Assembly (NCBI GenBank): GCA_964503975.1
Contig: CAZDCI010000002.1
Location: forward strand, 1 to 58,932
Length of the DNA stretch: 58,932 nucleotides
Direction of reading: 5' to 3'
Source of the DNA: Candidatus Woesearchaeota archaeon
GTDB taxonomy: Archaea; Nanobdellota; Nanobdellia; Pacearchaeales; GW2011-AR1
Shown: piece after piece, positions 27,079 through 35,956 of the stretch
Layout of the letters: each line of letters begins with the position of its first letter
Numbering within the stretch: the first letter of the stretch is position 1
Program-made: the position numbers and the translations under genes
Notes under the pieces: generated by a model
Told to the model about the DNA's origin: nothing
Database searches by the model: none
Seen by the model: only the letters and a program-made list of their open reading frames with translations

Positions 27079-27120
27079 AGAGGGTTTACTATTCCCTACA
27101 GTTAAGCAGGGCAACCCTCT
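27079..27120. repeat. Palindromic element AGAGGGTT-N26-AACCCTCT, relative of the 2120 and 3010 elements
   Basis: Perfect 8-bp arms and an inner CCCT/AGGG stem. Shares GAGGGTTT...TTAAGCA...AACCCT with the other two copies. Confidence 0.5.
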
Positions 27121-27244
27121 TAACTATCAACCATTATAATATAATTAAATGGATTTTGTTTATAAACTTTTCTACGCGCAGAAATTAACCCAAAAACCTC
27201 CAACTAAAAGTAAAAAGATCAAGAATTAGAATAAAAAATAAAAA

Positions 27245-27709
27245 TTAAAATTCAAACGTTCCTGTTTGTGAACAGAGCTGGTCATTTCCAGAAGCGTCTG
27301 TGAAGTAAGCGGTATATTCAAGCTTGTTAGCGTTTGTGACGCCTGTCTCAACAGTTTGCGTTGTAGTATCAAGCGCATCCATCGAAACCCCAAATTCAAG
27401 AATACCACTATTTTCTGTGCTGTTAAACATATTCAGTTTGACACCACTTATTGTGTCGCCACCTGAACTTCTTCTTAAGGTGACAGTATAGTTCCCTGCT
27501 TCTCCTGAAACAGGATTAACACTAACCGCTTCTAAATCAACAGCAAGACACCTGGAAGTTATATCAATCTGTTCGGCTCCTGTATCAACCACATTCCTCA
27601 CAACAACCCATATAATTCCCACGGCAACTAAAACCAGCAGTATTATAATAAGCGTCGTAACGACAGCCGACAAACCTTTATTGTTTTCCATCATCCTCCT
27701 TTTAATCAT
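27245..27709 (-). CDS. Archaeal type IV pilin-like protein (class III signal peptide)
   Basis: N-terminus is NNKG/LSAVVTTLIIILLVLVAVGIIWVVV, typical of the archaeal prepilin cleavage site and hydrophobic helix. Confidence 0.75.
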   Translation of the reverse strand: MIKRRMMENNKGLSAVVTTLIIILLVLVAVGIIWVVVRNVVDTGAEQIDITSRCLAVDLEAVSVNPVSGEAGNYTVTLRRSSGGDTISGVKLNMFNSTENSGILEFGVSMDALDTTTQTVETGVTNANKLEYTAYFTDASGNDQLCSQTGTFEF

Positions 27710-27769
27710 TTAATTATTACTTAAAACAGCCAAGTCTAATTTAAAAATGTTTTTATTCTTTAACAGACG

Positions 27770-28996
27770 TTATTTTTTGTTAAACGCGTCGAGAAGTTTG
27801 AAAAATTCTTTTTTTTCAATTACTTTATCATTTTCCGACAATCCAATTCTTTCGGCAAACTTCCAGAAAGCTTCAGACCGATAGCCTTGTTTTTTCAGAG
27901 AAACAAGGGTTGGAAGCTTTTCATCATCCCAGCCAGAATACTTATTTTCACCGATTCCTTTTTTAAATTCGGTTGTTGAAAGTTTCATGTCTTTAAACTT
28001 CACCCTGCCTAAGAAACCCACCCATGGAAACTTCTTTTTCAAATCTAAAGCAGAATAAATCATCTTTTGCCTTTCAGCATTATCCCTGTGATCTTTAGCA
28101 CGAATGATGTGTGTCATTCTTTGTTCTATATCATCAACAGCTACAGCAAGATTCATCAAAGGCCAAACCCTGTATTTGTTTCCTTGCCTTGCATGCTTTA
28201 CAGTATTAATTCTTGCCAATGGAAAATCACGCATCGCAGGATTTTTATGGGCCACTCCTGGTTTAGGGGTTTTAAATCTTAAAATGGCTTCCCCTGGTTT
28301 GAAATTATCTTTTGGATTTTTAGAAAGCATTTTTTTCCAGTCTGAAAGGTTTTCTTTTTGGCTTTTTTCCCTACACGGACAAGCTTTCTTTTTATCTATA
28401 AGTTCTTTGAATTTTTTTTGAGAGCAAGTACAGACATAAGCAGCTTTTTTCCTGATGAGCTTTTCAGCGTATTTGTAATAAGTCTTCATGTTATCTGATT
28501 GAATTACAACTCTGGCTTTTTTCTTAAAAAGCCAGTCGGAATCCTTTTTCAAAAGTTCATAAGCTTTAGGATAAATATTTTCAGGGTTTGTGTCTTCTAT
28601 CCTAACATAAAACTTTCCCTTATATTCCTGAACAAAAAGAAATGAAATACTTGCCGTCAAGGCATGTCCTATATGCATGGGTCCCGAAGCACTAGGGGCA
28701 AAGCGCATTACAACTTTTCCCTGCTTTGCGTCAGGCAACTCAGGCAAACCCTCTCTTTCAGGCCTCTCGGAAACATATTTCTCAAATTTTTCAAACTCTT
28801 TTTCCTGTTCTTCTTTTGAAAGCTCATTTACCGAAGAAACAATTTCATTTATTTTCTTTGAGTATTTGGAAACTTCCGATTTTTTCAAACCTTCATTGAA
28901 CAGCGCAGAAATAACCTTTCCTGGCTGAGCCTTTCCGTCGTAAGCAAGCGCGTTTTTCAACGCGTAGGCTTTAGCTATTTTTTCAAGGTTTTTCAT
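27770..28996 (-). CDS. gltX: Glutamyl-tRNA synthetase, archaeal type, lacking the C-terminal anticodon-binding domain
   Basis: YqeY/GatB-like N-terminus, HIGH motif (PSASGPMHIGH), RIEDTNPE and KMSKS-like MKLSTT. The ORF stops about 60 aa after KMSKS (408 aa). Confidence 0.8.
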   Translation of the reverse strand: MKNLEKIAKAYALKNALAYDGKAQPGKVISALFNEGLKKSEVSKYSKKINEIVSSVNELSKEEQEKEFEKFEKYVSERPEREGLPELPDAKQGKVVMRFAPSASGPMHIGHALTASISFLFVQEYKGKFYVRIEDTNPENIYPKAYELLKKDSDWLFKKKARVVIQSDNMKTYYKYAEKLIRKKAAYVCTCSQKKFKELIDKKKACPCREKSQKENLSDWKKMLSKNPKDNFKPGEAILRFKTPKPGVAHKNPAMRDFPLARINTVKHARQGNKYRVWPLMNLAVAVDDIEQRMTHIIRAKDHRDNAERQKMIYSALDLKKKFPWVGFLGRVKFKDMKLSTTEFKKGIGENKYSGWDDEKLPTLVSLKKQGYRSEAFWKFAERIGLSENDKVIEKKEFFKLLDAFNKK

Positions 28997-29144
28997 TTTT
29001 CAACCTCTTTATCTTAGCATTTAATTTTTTCTTCAATTCAGGAAGACGTTTTTTCCAGTCTTTTTTGAACAATCCATAAAGATGTTCGTCGTGAATTTTT
29101 CCTGTGGACTTTCTTAAAATAGGTCTTTTAGTCTCTATTTCCAT
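28983..29144 (-). CDS. Possible small basic protein (53 aa)
   Basis: ATG-started ORF MEIETKRPILRKSTGKIHDEHLYGLFKKDW..., below the ORF-track cutoff. Overlaps the gltX start by 14 nt. Confidence 0.3.
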   Translation of the reverse strand: MEIETKRPILRKSTGKIHDEHLYGLFKKDWKKRLPELKKKLNAKIKRLKNEKP

Positions 29145-29194
29145 GACACAAAGAAACAAAAAGAATTTATAAATTTAGTTAGTTTTTTAACTGA

Positions 29195-29638
29195 ATGAAA
29201 AAAGAGGTTTATTATAGATATCTTTATGGTAAAAAGAGTATCTTTAGTGCGATACCTATTTTATTTAATAAAGAAACAGATAAAAGGTTTGGAAAAAACT
29301 GGGCAAAGGAACACCGGCAGTGGACAGAGAGAATAAATAAAAAGATTTCATGGCTTCCTCATAAAGAGATGGAAAAAGGAGTTAAATTTTATTTTAAGGA
29401 AGCTGGAAAAGAAAAATATGAAAAAACTTTGTTTAAACTCCATAAAGAAATGTTAAATAAGAAAAAGACACCTTTTAAATTAAATAAAAAGCTCCTGAAT
29501 TTGAAAAAATTTAAAAGAATTAAAAAAATATGCTTCAGGAAAACTAAAGGCAATAAAAGGGAGCTTTACAACGCAAAAACTAAAAGAAAAATGGGGAATA
29601 TCGTTTATGAAGATAGATATCAAATCGGAATTGTTTAA
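29195..29638 (+). CDS. Hypothetical Lys-rich protein
   Basis: 147-aa highly basic ORF. Confidence 0.4.
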   Translation: MKKEVYYRYLYGKKSIFSAIPILFNKETDKRFGKNWAKEHRQWTERINKKISWLPHKEMEKGVKFYFKEAGKEKYEKTLFKLHKEMLNKKKTPFKLNKKLLNLKKFKRIKKICFRKTKGNKRELYNAKTKRKMGNIVYEDRYQIGIV

Positions 29639-29696
29639 TTTTTGAGCACCCTCTTTCTGAATTCTCTAACAATGTTGTCTGCACCCTCTTCTTTGA

Positions 29697-30215
29697 CTAT
29701 ATTCCATGCGCGCTTATATCGTGTATGTCTTTAAATTTATTAATATTTCTAATTAATCTTTCTTCCCTGAAAAGTTCAATGTAAATCTTTGAATGCATTG
29801 CATGTAAAGGAATGTGTATGATAGTATTCCAATTCTCGTCTTTGTATTTTTTCTTGAAAAAATTCCAAGATTTTTCTGCTTTTTTAAGGTTATCTCCTTG
29901 GATATAAATTTGGTGGATTAACTCATGCGTCAGGATGTCTATGGCAAAACTTAAATCATCATAAATAGGAAGAGTTAAGGGGTCTGAAAAGGGAACTGTT
30001 TTTTCAACAACGTAGCAAATAATTTTCTTTTCCTGCCACTTTAAACCACTAATTTTTCCAATTTCTTTAAGAACATTTTTCCCTTTTTTATTCCACTCTT
30101 TTTCCAGAGATTCCATGAAAGAATAAATCTTTTTTTCATTAGGATTGTCGTCTTCGTCAATCATTTCACTATAAACAAAAGAATATCTAAATTCTATATC
30201 CGGAATCATACGCAA
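29697..30215 (-). CDS. Hypothetical protein with HExxH metallopeptidase-like motif
   Basis: ILTHELIHQIY is the only recognisable motif. Confidence 0.5.
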   Translation of the reverse strand: MRMIPDIEFRYSFVYSEMIDEDDNPNEKKIYSFMESLEKEWNKKGKNVLKEIGKISGLKWQEKKIICYVVEKTVPFSDPLTLPIYDDLSFAIDILTHELIHQIYIQGDNLKKAEKSWNFFKKKYKDENWNTIIHIPLHAMHSKIYIELFREERLIRNINKFKDIHDISAHGI

Positions 30216-30239
30216 AAAAAGAAAAACTCATTAATAAAC

Positions 30240-30446
30240 TTAATTAACAGAAGCCTTCATTAATATATCTTTATTAAGAACTGCGCTGGCATTAAGAACC
30301 TCGATGCCTAAAAGCTTCCCGTCTTTATCAAAATCAAGAATTATATTTGAATCTAGTTCTATGGTTTTTACGGCTTCACCATCTTTTATTTCATTGACTA
30401 AATAAATATATCCTGCGTCAACATCTTTATCATACTCAATTTTCAT
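30240..30446 (-). CDS. DUF2283-family small protein (antitoxin-like)
   Basis: YDKDVDAGYIYL ... LLGIEVLNAS matches the DUF2283 pattern. Lies 2 nt downstream of the DUF4258 gene. Confidence 0.65.
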   Translation of the reverse strand: MKIEYDKDVDAGYIYLVNEIKDGEAVKTIELDSNIILDFDKDGKLLGIEVLNASAVLNKDILMKASVN

Positions 30447-30448
30447 GT

Positions 30449-30658
30449 TTATATCATTGTTACAATCTTTATATAATTTTCTTTCTTCACGTAAACTATT
30501 TTAGTTTCCCTGTTTTTTATTTCTCCAACCGCCTCTATTTTCCCATCAAAAGTCTTTTTTGTATATGAAGGATATTTTATGAGATGTTCAACTTCCCACT
30601 CTTCAATACCTCTTTGTTTGAGCCTCTTTTTTGCATGATGAGAATAAACCACATCCAT
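30449..30658 (-). CDS. DUF4258-family small protein (toxin-like)
   Basis: YSHHAKKRLKQRGIEEWEVEHLI matches the DUF4258 pattern. Start set at the internal ATG at 30658 to avoid overlapping the upstream gene. Confidence 0.6.
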   Translation of the reverse strand: MDVVYSHHAKKRLKQRGIEEWEVEHLIKYPSYTKKTFDGKIEAVGEIKNRETKIVYVKKENYIKIVTMI

Positions 30659-30698
30659 TAAATATGTTAAGAAAAATTCATTAATAAACTTGGCGCTT

Positions 30699-31094
30699 TC
30701 AATACCTACCAACATCTAATTTCCTTTCAAGAACCTCAATCCTTTGCTGCAGGTGATAAAGCTGATTGCTTAGATTTTCCACTTTGCTTGTCATCTCCAT
30801 AATTCTTTTGGCAAGTCGTTTTCTCTTTTCTCCCATTGAGTCTGAAAGATCAACAAATCCTTGTCCCGAATCTGTTCCTGCAGAATCCTGAGAAGTTTGA
30901 GATGTTTGTGCCTGAGGAGAATCAAACATTGCAAATCCTGCAGTGTTCTCTTTAGAGGGAGTTTGACTTTGTCCCTCAGCCTGATTTTGAGGTTGTGTTT
31001 GTTGAAACTCTTGTCCCTGTCGCTGCATCTCCTGCTGCTTCCTATATCTTTCACCTAAATCAACCACTTTCTTTTTCTTCTTAAACCAAGCCAT
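30699..31094 (-). CDS. Hypothetical Gln-rich / coiled-coil protein
   Basis: MAWFKKKKK N-terminus, a Q/S/T-rich low-complexity middle and a C-terminal heptad segment. Confidence 0.5.
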   Translation of the reverse strand: MAWFKKKKKVVDLGERYRKQQEMQRQGQEFQQTQPQNQAEGQSQTPSKENTAGFAMFDSPQAQTSQTSQDSAGTDSGQGFVDLSDSMGEKRKRLAKRIMEMTSKVENLSNQLYHLQQRIEVLERKLDVGRY

Positions 31095-31149
31095 AAACAA
31101 ACAAAGAGAAGGATATTTTTAAATTTACGTGTGGTTTGGAATAATTTAA

Positions 31150-32904
31150 TCAGTCCAATCCTTTTTGAAGTGTGTAAAGTTTATGATAAATTCCTTTTTT
31201 CTTCATGAGCTCTTTATGATTTCCAAGTTCGGCAATTTTTCCCTCATCCAAAACAACAATCTTATCTGCGTTTCTCACAGTGGAAAATCTGTGCGCGATG
31301 ATGAAAGTCGTTTTATTTTTTATCAGTTTTTCAATGCCTTCTTGAACTTTTTTCTCAGATTCGGCGTCAAGTGCTGCGGTAGGCTCATCAAGAATGAGGA
31401 TTTTAGGATTTTTGAGAAAAGCCATAGCTATTGCAATTCTCTGCCTTTGTCCCATTGAAAGTTTAATGCCTTCCTCTCCTACTTTTGTGTCATATCCTTT
31501 AGGAAGTTTGCTAATGAATTCATCCGCAGAAGCAGCCTTTGCAGCTTTCACTACTTCTTTCCTGGTCGCTTTTGGATTAGCGTATTTCAGATTTTTAAGA
31601 AGTGTATCATTAAACAAGTTAATATCCTGAGGAACTGTGGCAACCTTGTCTCTTAACCATTTCAGCTTAAATTTAGATATATCCACCCCATCTAGAAATA
31701 TTTTTCCGTCATTTGGCTGATAGTATCCCATTACCAGTTCAGCTAAAGTAGTTTTTCCTACCCCACTTTTACCAACCAAAGCCACAGTCTCGCCAGGTTC
31801 AATTTTGAGATTTATATTTTTTAAGACTTTTTTATCTTTTATATATCCGAAATCAACATTTTCAAAAATAACTTCTCCTTTAACTTCCTTAAGAGTTTTA
31901 TCTCCGTGTTCCATTTCTTCCGGAGAAATTTTCCTTAGTTTCAGGAATCTGTCTATGGCAACGTTTGCTCTTTTATATTTTCTATAAATGCTTCCAAAAA
32001 ATCTCAGCGGCCCAAACGCCAAGTTAATATACCCAAAAAACATCACAAATTCTCCAGGAGTTATATCTCCCTTCCTCAAAAAGAAAATAGCGCTTCCCAA
32101 AACGGCGACAAAACTGATACTATAAATTATTCCCTGAACAACAGATAGCTTTCTTGATCTCTCTGCAGCTTTTTTTACCGCAGGCAAAGTTTTGCCAACC
32201 AAAGACCTAAAAAATCTCTTTTTTTCTTTTTCTTCCATTACAAAATTTTTAACTAAAAACACATTGTACAGTTTGTCATAAACTCTTCCATATTGCTTTT
32301 CAAACACCTTATGTTCCCTTCTTCTCGCTTTCAGTTCTGGTTTTACAAGTTTCAGAGTAATTAACGCATAAATAAAAAAGAAAAAGAGAAGGATTACCGC
32401 AAGTTGCCACTGGATTATGAGCATAGCAATAAGGGAAAATACCAGCATAAGCCACTGAGGAAGAATGTCTGAAACTGTGGAAACTATATCTTGTAATCTC
32501 CAGGAACCCCTCGAGATTTTATGTAATACTTCTCCCCTTTGTTCTTTTTTGTGGAATAAAATAGGTAAAGTAAGAAAATGAGAATATGCTTCCGCTTCCG
32601 ATTCAAGAGACATTTTAGTTCCCAACACTTCACCCATATAACCTGTCATATTTGAAATATAAGTTGAAAAAAGACTTAAGACAAGCCATAAACCAATTAA
32701 AGATAAAAGAATATTTATGCTTGTGCCAGGAATAATAGACAAATCAAAAAGTTTACCATAAATGTAAGGAGTAGCGACTGTTAGAAGCGCTCCCACAGTG
32801 GCGACAAGTATTATTTTAGTTACTTGTTTTTGATTTCCTTTGAACATCTCAAGAACAAATTTTGTTGATTTTTTCATTCGCATTTGATGACTTAAAAAAG
32901 TCAA
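31150..32904 (-). CDS. ABC exporter, fused permease/ATPase (MsbA/MdlB-like)
   Basis: Six-TM domain, then Walker A GKSGVGKTT, signature LSMGQRQR and Walker B ILILDEPT. Confidence 0.9.
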   Translation of the reverse strand: MTFLSHQMRMKKSTKFVLEMFKGNQKQVTKIILVATVGALLTVATPYIYGKLFDLSIIPGTSINILLSLIGLWLVLSLFSTYISNMTGYMGEVLGTKMSLESEAEAYSHFLTLPILFHKKEQRGEVLHKISRGSWRLQDIVSTVSDILPQWLMLVFSLIAMLIIQWQLAVILLFFFFIYALITLKLVKPELKARRREHKVFEKQYGRVYDKLYNVFLVKNFVMEEKEKKRFFRSLVGKTLPAVKKAAERSRKLSVVQGIIYSISFVAVLGSAIFFLRKGDITPGEFVMFFGYINLAFGPLRFFGSIYRKYKRANVAIDRFLKLRKISPEEMEHGDKTLKEVKGEVIFENVDFGYIKDKKVLKNINLKIEPGETVALVGKSGVGKTTLAELVMGYYQPNDGKIFLDGVDISKFKLKWLRDKVATVPQDINLFNDTLLKNLKYANPKATRKEVVKAAKAASADEFISKLPKGYDTKVGEEGIKLSMGQRQRIAIAMAFLKNPKILILDEPTAALDAESEKKVQEGIEKLIKNKTTFIIAHRFSTVRNADKIVVLDEGKIAELGNHKELMKKKGIYHKLYTLQKGLD

Positions 32905-33052
32905 AATGCTTTATAAAGTTTTTATGGCTGAAAATTGCCTAAGAAAATTTTATATATTATGTTTTCTACCTTATAACATGGAAGAAGAGAGTAAAGAAGA
33001 TCTTTTTGATGATTATGACGATGCCGAAACTGACAATGATTTCTTGAGCGAG

Positions 33053-33104
33053 TTCTTTGAAGATGGGTAACTAACTCATTCTTTGAAGATGGGTAACTAA
33101 CTCA
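33053..33104 (+). repeat. Perfect 26-bp tandem duplication (TTCTTTGAAGATGGGTAACTAACTCA x2)
   Basis: Read directly from the sequence. It duplicates the last codons and stop of a 30-codon acidic mini-ORF starting at 32977. Confidence 0.85.
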
Positions 33105-33240
33105 ACTAACCATTAAAAACCTTTCAATTAGAAACATTTTTTAAACTCTTAAACTTCTTTCTATAATAAAGAGGAAACCATGTTTGTTAATTATGTAAAA
33201 GGAGGGAAGTTGACGGTCAAGAAACCGTAGGTGTCTTACC

Positions 33241-34713
33241 ATGGTCGCGACAATTGCTCAGATTCTTGGAAAAGTAAATCCTAAAGCGTATGCCGAAAAC
33301 GGAGAAGAGCTTTTGAAAAAATACAGTTCTGCTGAAAAGATACCTGCCGAAGAAATTAAAGAGAAACCCTTGAATGAGCATACCTTAACATACGATTCTG
33401 CTTCTGAAACTCTTGAACCGGTTTACTTTTTTATTTTAGATTTGATGAACGATTTTGACTTGGATGTTGAGAAACTCATAGATAACTTCTCTTCATCTCC
33501 CGGCTCGGGGCATTTCTCGGAGTTGGGGCAAAGAGCCACAGTTATGCAGCAGCAAGCTTCAAAAATAATGGGAGACATAAACACCGTCTTGCGCTCAGTG
33601 TTAAACATTATTTATGATTTGAAAGAATTCAGAATCCGTTTGCAGCATTATGATGATTTGAATGCCCCAGGTGAAGACAAAAAGCAGGCAGCAAGACTTT
33701 CTTTGAAACAAGTCTGGCTGGACAAGGTAGATATGAATAAAGGAAACTCAAGCATTAAAGCAATGGCTTTAGGACAGGCAGGTTTTCAGACTCTTCTTGA
33801 CGCTTTTCTTGTTGTCAAAGACCCTAAAGATGTTGATAAAGTAGATTTAAATGACAGAGTTAAACGAATTTTGCGCCCGAGGATTCTTGAGTTTAATGAC
33901 TGGCTTGAGCACTCGGAAAAAGAGCTAAGAAAAAGATATGAGCTTGAGAGAGATTATTTGCAAAGCCAAGTTAACAGCTTAAAACTTTATTCACGCTGGG
34001 CTAAACCTTACCTAATGGCTGCTCATCAGCTTGAAAACAAGCCTCAGGGAAGAGAGCCTGCAATGGTTAAAGCTTTCAATACGATACTTTTGGAACTTAC
34101 CTTGCTTGGAAAACAAAAAGTAAAAGTAGAAGATGAAGTAAAAGAAGGAAACTTTCCTAAAGAAGTTAAAAAACTAAATCAAAGAGATTATTACAGCTGT
34201 GTTCTTGTAGATTTTAGATTCAGGGGAATTCCTCAGCGTGTCAGTCAGCAGTCACATTACGCTTTCGGGGGCCGCGCTGAAATAACTTTCAAAGCTTATG
34301 CACTTAATGAAGAGGAAATTGAAAAACTGAATGAGGAGCTTGACGCGAGTGATTTGGGAGATGTTTTACGTTTAATTGAAGGAGCAACCTCAGACAGCTT
34401 GAAACACATGCAGGAAGAGATTGAATTTTTCCTTAATGAAAAAGAACGTGAAAGACCTCACCCACACAAAGAAGAAAGTGATGACTCAAACCCCTTCAAG
34501 GCTTTGCTCGGAGGATATGGAAAAAAATCTTCTGAATATAAAGAATCAAAAGGCGGGAAATTAGAGGGAAATAAAGGTCCTGTAACAATTAAAAAAGAAA
34601 ATTACGCGGAAAAAGAATACATCCGTCCTTTGGCAGGTGATGATGCAGAAGAGTTAGCATTCAAGTTCTTTGACATATACAAAAAGGCACACGACATGCC
34701 CAGTTACACTTAA
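33241..34713 (+). CDS. Hypothetical protein (490 aa)
   Basis: Long ORF with helical/coiled-coil stretches and no recognised motif. Confidence 0.6.
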   Translation: MVATIAQILGKVNPKAYAENGEELLKKYSSAEKIPAEEIKEKPLNEHTLTYDSASETLEPVYFFILDLMNDFDLDVEKLIDNFSSSPGSGHFSELGQRATVMQQQASKIMGDINTVLRSVLNIIYDLKEFRIRLQHYDDLNAPGEDKKQAARLSLKQVWLDKVDMNKGNSSIKAMALGQAGFQTLLDAFLVVKDPKDVDKVDLNDRVKRILRPRILEFNDWLEHSEKELRKRYELERDYLQSQVNSLKLYSRWAKPYLMAAHQLENKPQGREPAMVKAFNTILLELTLLGKQKVKVEDEVKEGNFPKEVKKLNQRDYYSCVLVDFRFRGIPQRVSQQSHYAFGGRAEITFKAYALNEEEIEKLNEELDASDLGDVLRLIEGATSDSLKHMQEEIEFFLNEKERERPHPHKEESDDSNPFKALLGGYGKKSSEYKESKGGKLEGNKGPVTIKKENYAEKEYIRPLAGDDAEELAFKFFDIYKKAHDMPSYT

Positions 34714-34734
34714 TTGTTTTACAAATTAAGACTT

Positions 34735-35232
34735 TTAAGAAAACCTAGGAAAACCCTGAACAGCAAGATTGTAATTGTCAAAACCTCTTATTCCGGTAAT
34801 TTCTTCACCAAACCATTCGGAAGGAACGAAAATCTCCATTTCTATCTCGTTATCAAATTCAATTTCCAGTGTTTTATGCCCCATAACTCCCTCGTGAGCA
34901 CCCCCGCTAAAAATATCCAGCTCAGCAGTGTACCTCCATACCGGAATTTCAAATCTTGTTTTCTCTACCCATCCGATTATTTCAGGCCACAGGGTTTCAA
35001 AGTATTCGTGGGGAATTTCTGTTTCGGCCTCAAGCCGTCCAGGAGGCTGGCCTATTTTTGAAGTATAAACATACAGTTCCCCCTCTTTTTTTAATTTCTT
35101 TTTGATTCTAAGCTCCAAAACTTCAGGGACAGGAGAAGGCAGATATCCTTGAATAATTTCAGAAGAAGGATACTCGTTTAGGTTATCAGGAAGATTTCTA
35201 ACCAAAAACCTTCTTTCAAGCTCTTCCGCCAT
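34735..35232 (-). CDS. CYTH-domain protein (triphosphate tunnel metalloenzyme)
   Basis: N-terminal ELERRFLV (ExExK-type CYTH signature) and typical size. Confidence 0.7.
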   Translation of the reverse strand: MAEELERRFLVRNLPDNLNEYPSSEIIQGYLPSPVPEVLELRIKKKLKKEGELYVYTSKIGQPPGRLEAETEIPHEYFETLWPEIIGWVEKTRFEIPVWRYTAELDIFSGGAHEGVMGHKTLEIEFDNEIEMEIFVPSEWFGEEITGIRGFDNYNLAVQGFPRFS

Positions 35233-35282
35233 AAACCCTTTAAGTTAATTAGATTTATATATTTCCCTGTTCTTAAGTATAT

Positions 35283-35921
35283 ATGACAAAAAAAGAAAAT
35301 TCAGACGCTGAAGGTTACGAAAATAACGAAGAAAGTGAGGAAGAGTCTGAACTGGAAGAGGCTCTTGAAGATGAAAAAAGCGAAGACGCAAATGAAGACG
35401 CCGAACCTGAAACCGAATTAAATATTGAAGAAATTGATGACATTAAAAATCTTGATTTTTCCCGGTTTACTCAAAGAATGCAAACTTTAGATATGAAAGC
35501 CCCTGTTTTGGAAGAAATCACAGAAGAACAGGAAGGTCCGAGATTTATCAGGACTGGTGGAACCACACCTGTTGGAAGTCAGTCTGGAGAAGATTCGGAT
35601 GAATTTACTTATATTCCCTCAAATACGCAGAATGAAGAAAACGAAACAAGATATGTTCCTTCAGAACAAATCTCGGCATCTCCTCAAAGAATTAACCCTA
35701 TGAAAGAAAGAATAAATGTCACCGGATTTAACGCTCCAAGTCCAGAAACGTTTTTTACTCAGTCGAGGGAAGCTTCTTTTGGAGGTGGATGGACTGCAGA
35801 AAAAATAAGGACGCAACCAGAAAGAGTAGACCCTAGAAAAGCGGGAAGAGAAGACCCATTTCAGCAGGAAGAACGTAAGTATGAAAAATACGAACCTGAC
35901 CGTCCGAGCGCGAGACCATAA
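35283..35921 (+). CDS. Hypothetical acidic protein
   Basis: 212 aa with a Glu/Asp-rich N-terminus. Confidence 0.5.
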   Translation: MTKKENSDAEGYENNEESEEESELEEALEDEKSEDANEDAEPETELNIEEIDDIKNLDFSRFTQRMQTLDMKAPVLEEITEEQEGPRFIRTGGTTPVGSQSGEDSDEFTYIPSNTQNEENETRYVPSEQISASPQRINPMKERINVTGFNAPSPETFFTQSREASFGGGWTAEKIRTQPERVDPRKAGREDPFQQEERKYEKYEPDRPSARP

Positions 35922-35956
35922 GTAAATTATATAAACAAAATTTTCCTGATTTAAAT

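Noticed and set aside
34714-35061. 115-aa plus-strand ORF
   Set aside because: It lies entirely within the CYTH gene on the opposite strand, which has a clear family signature.
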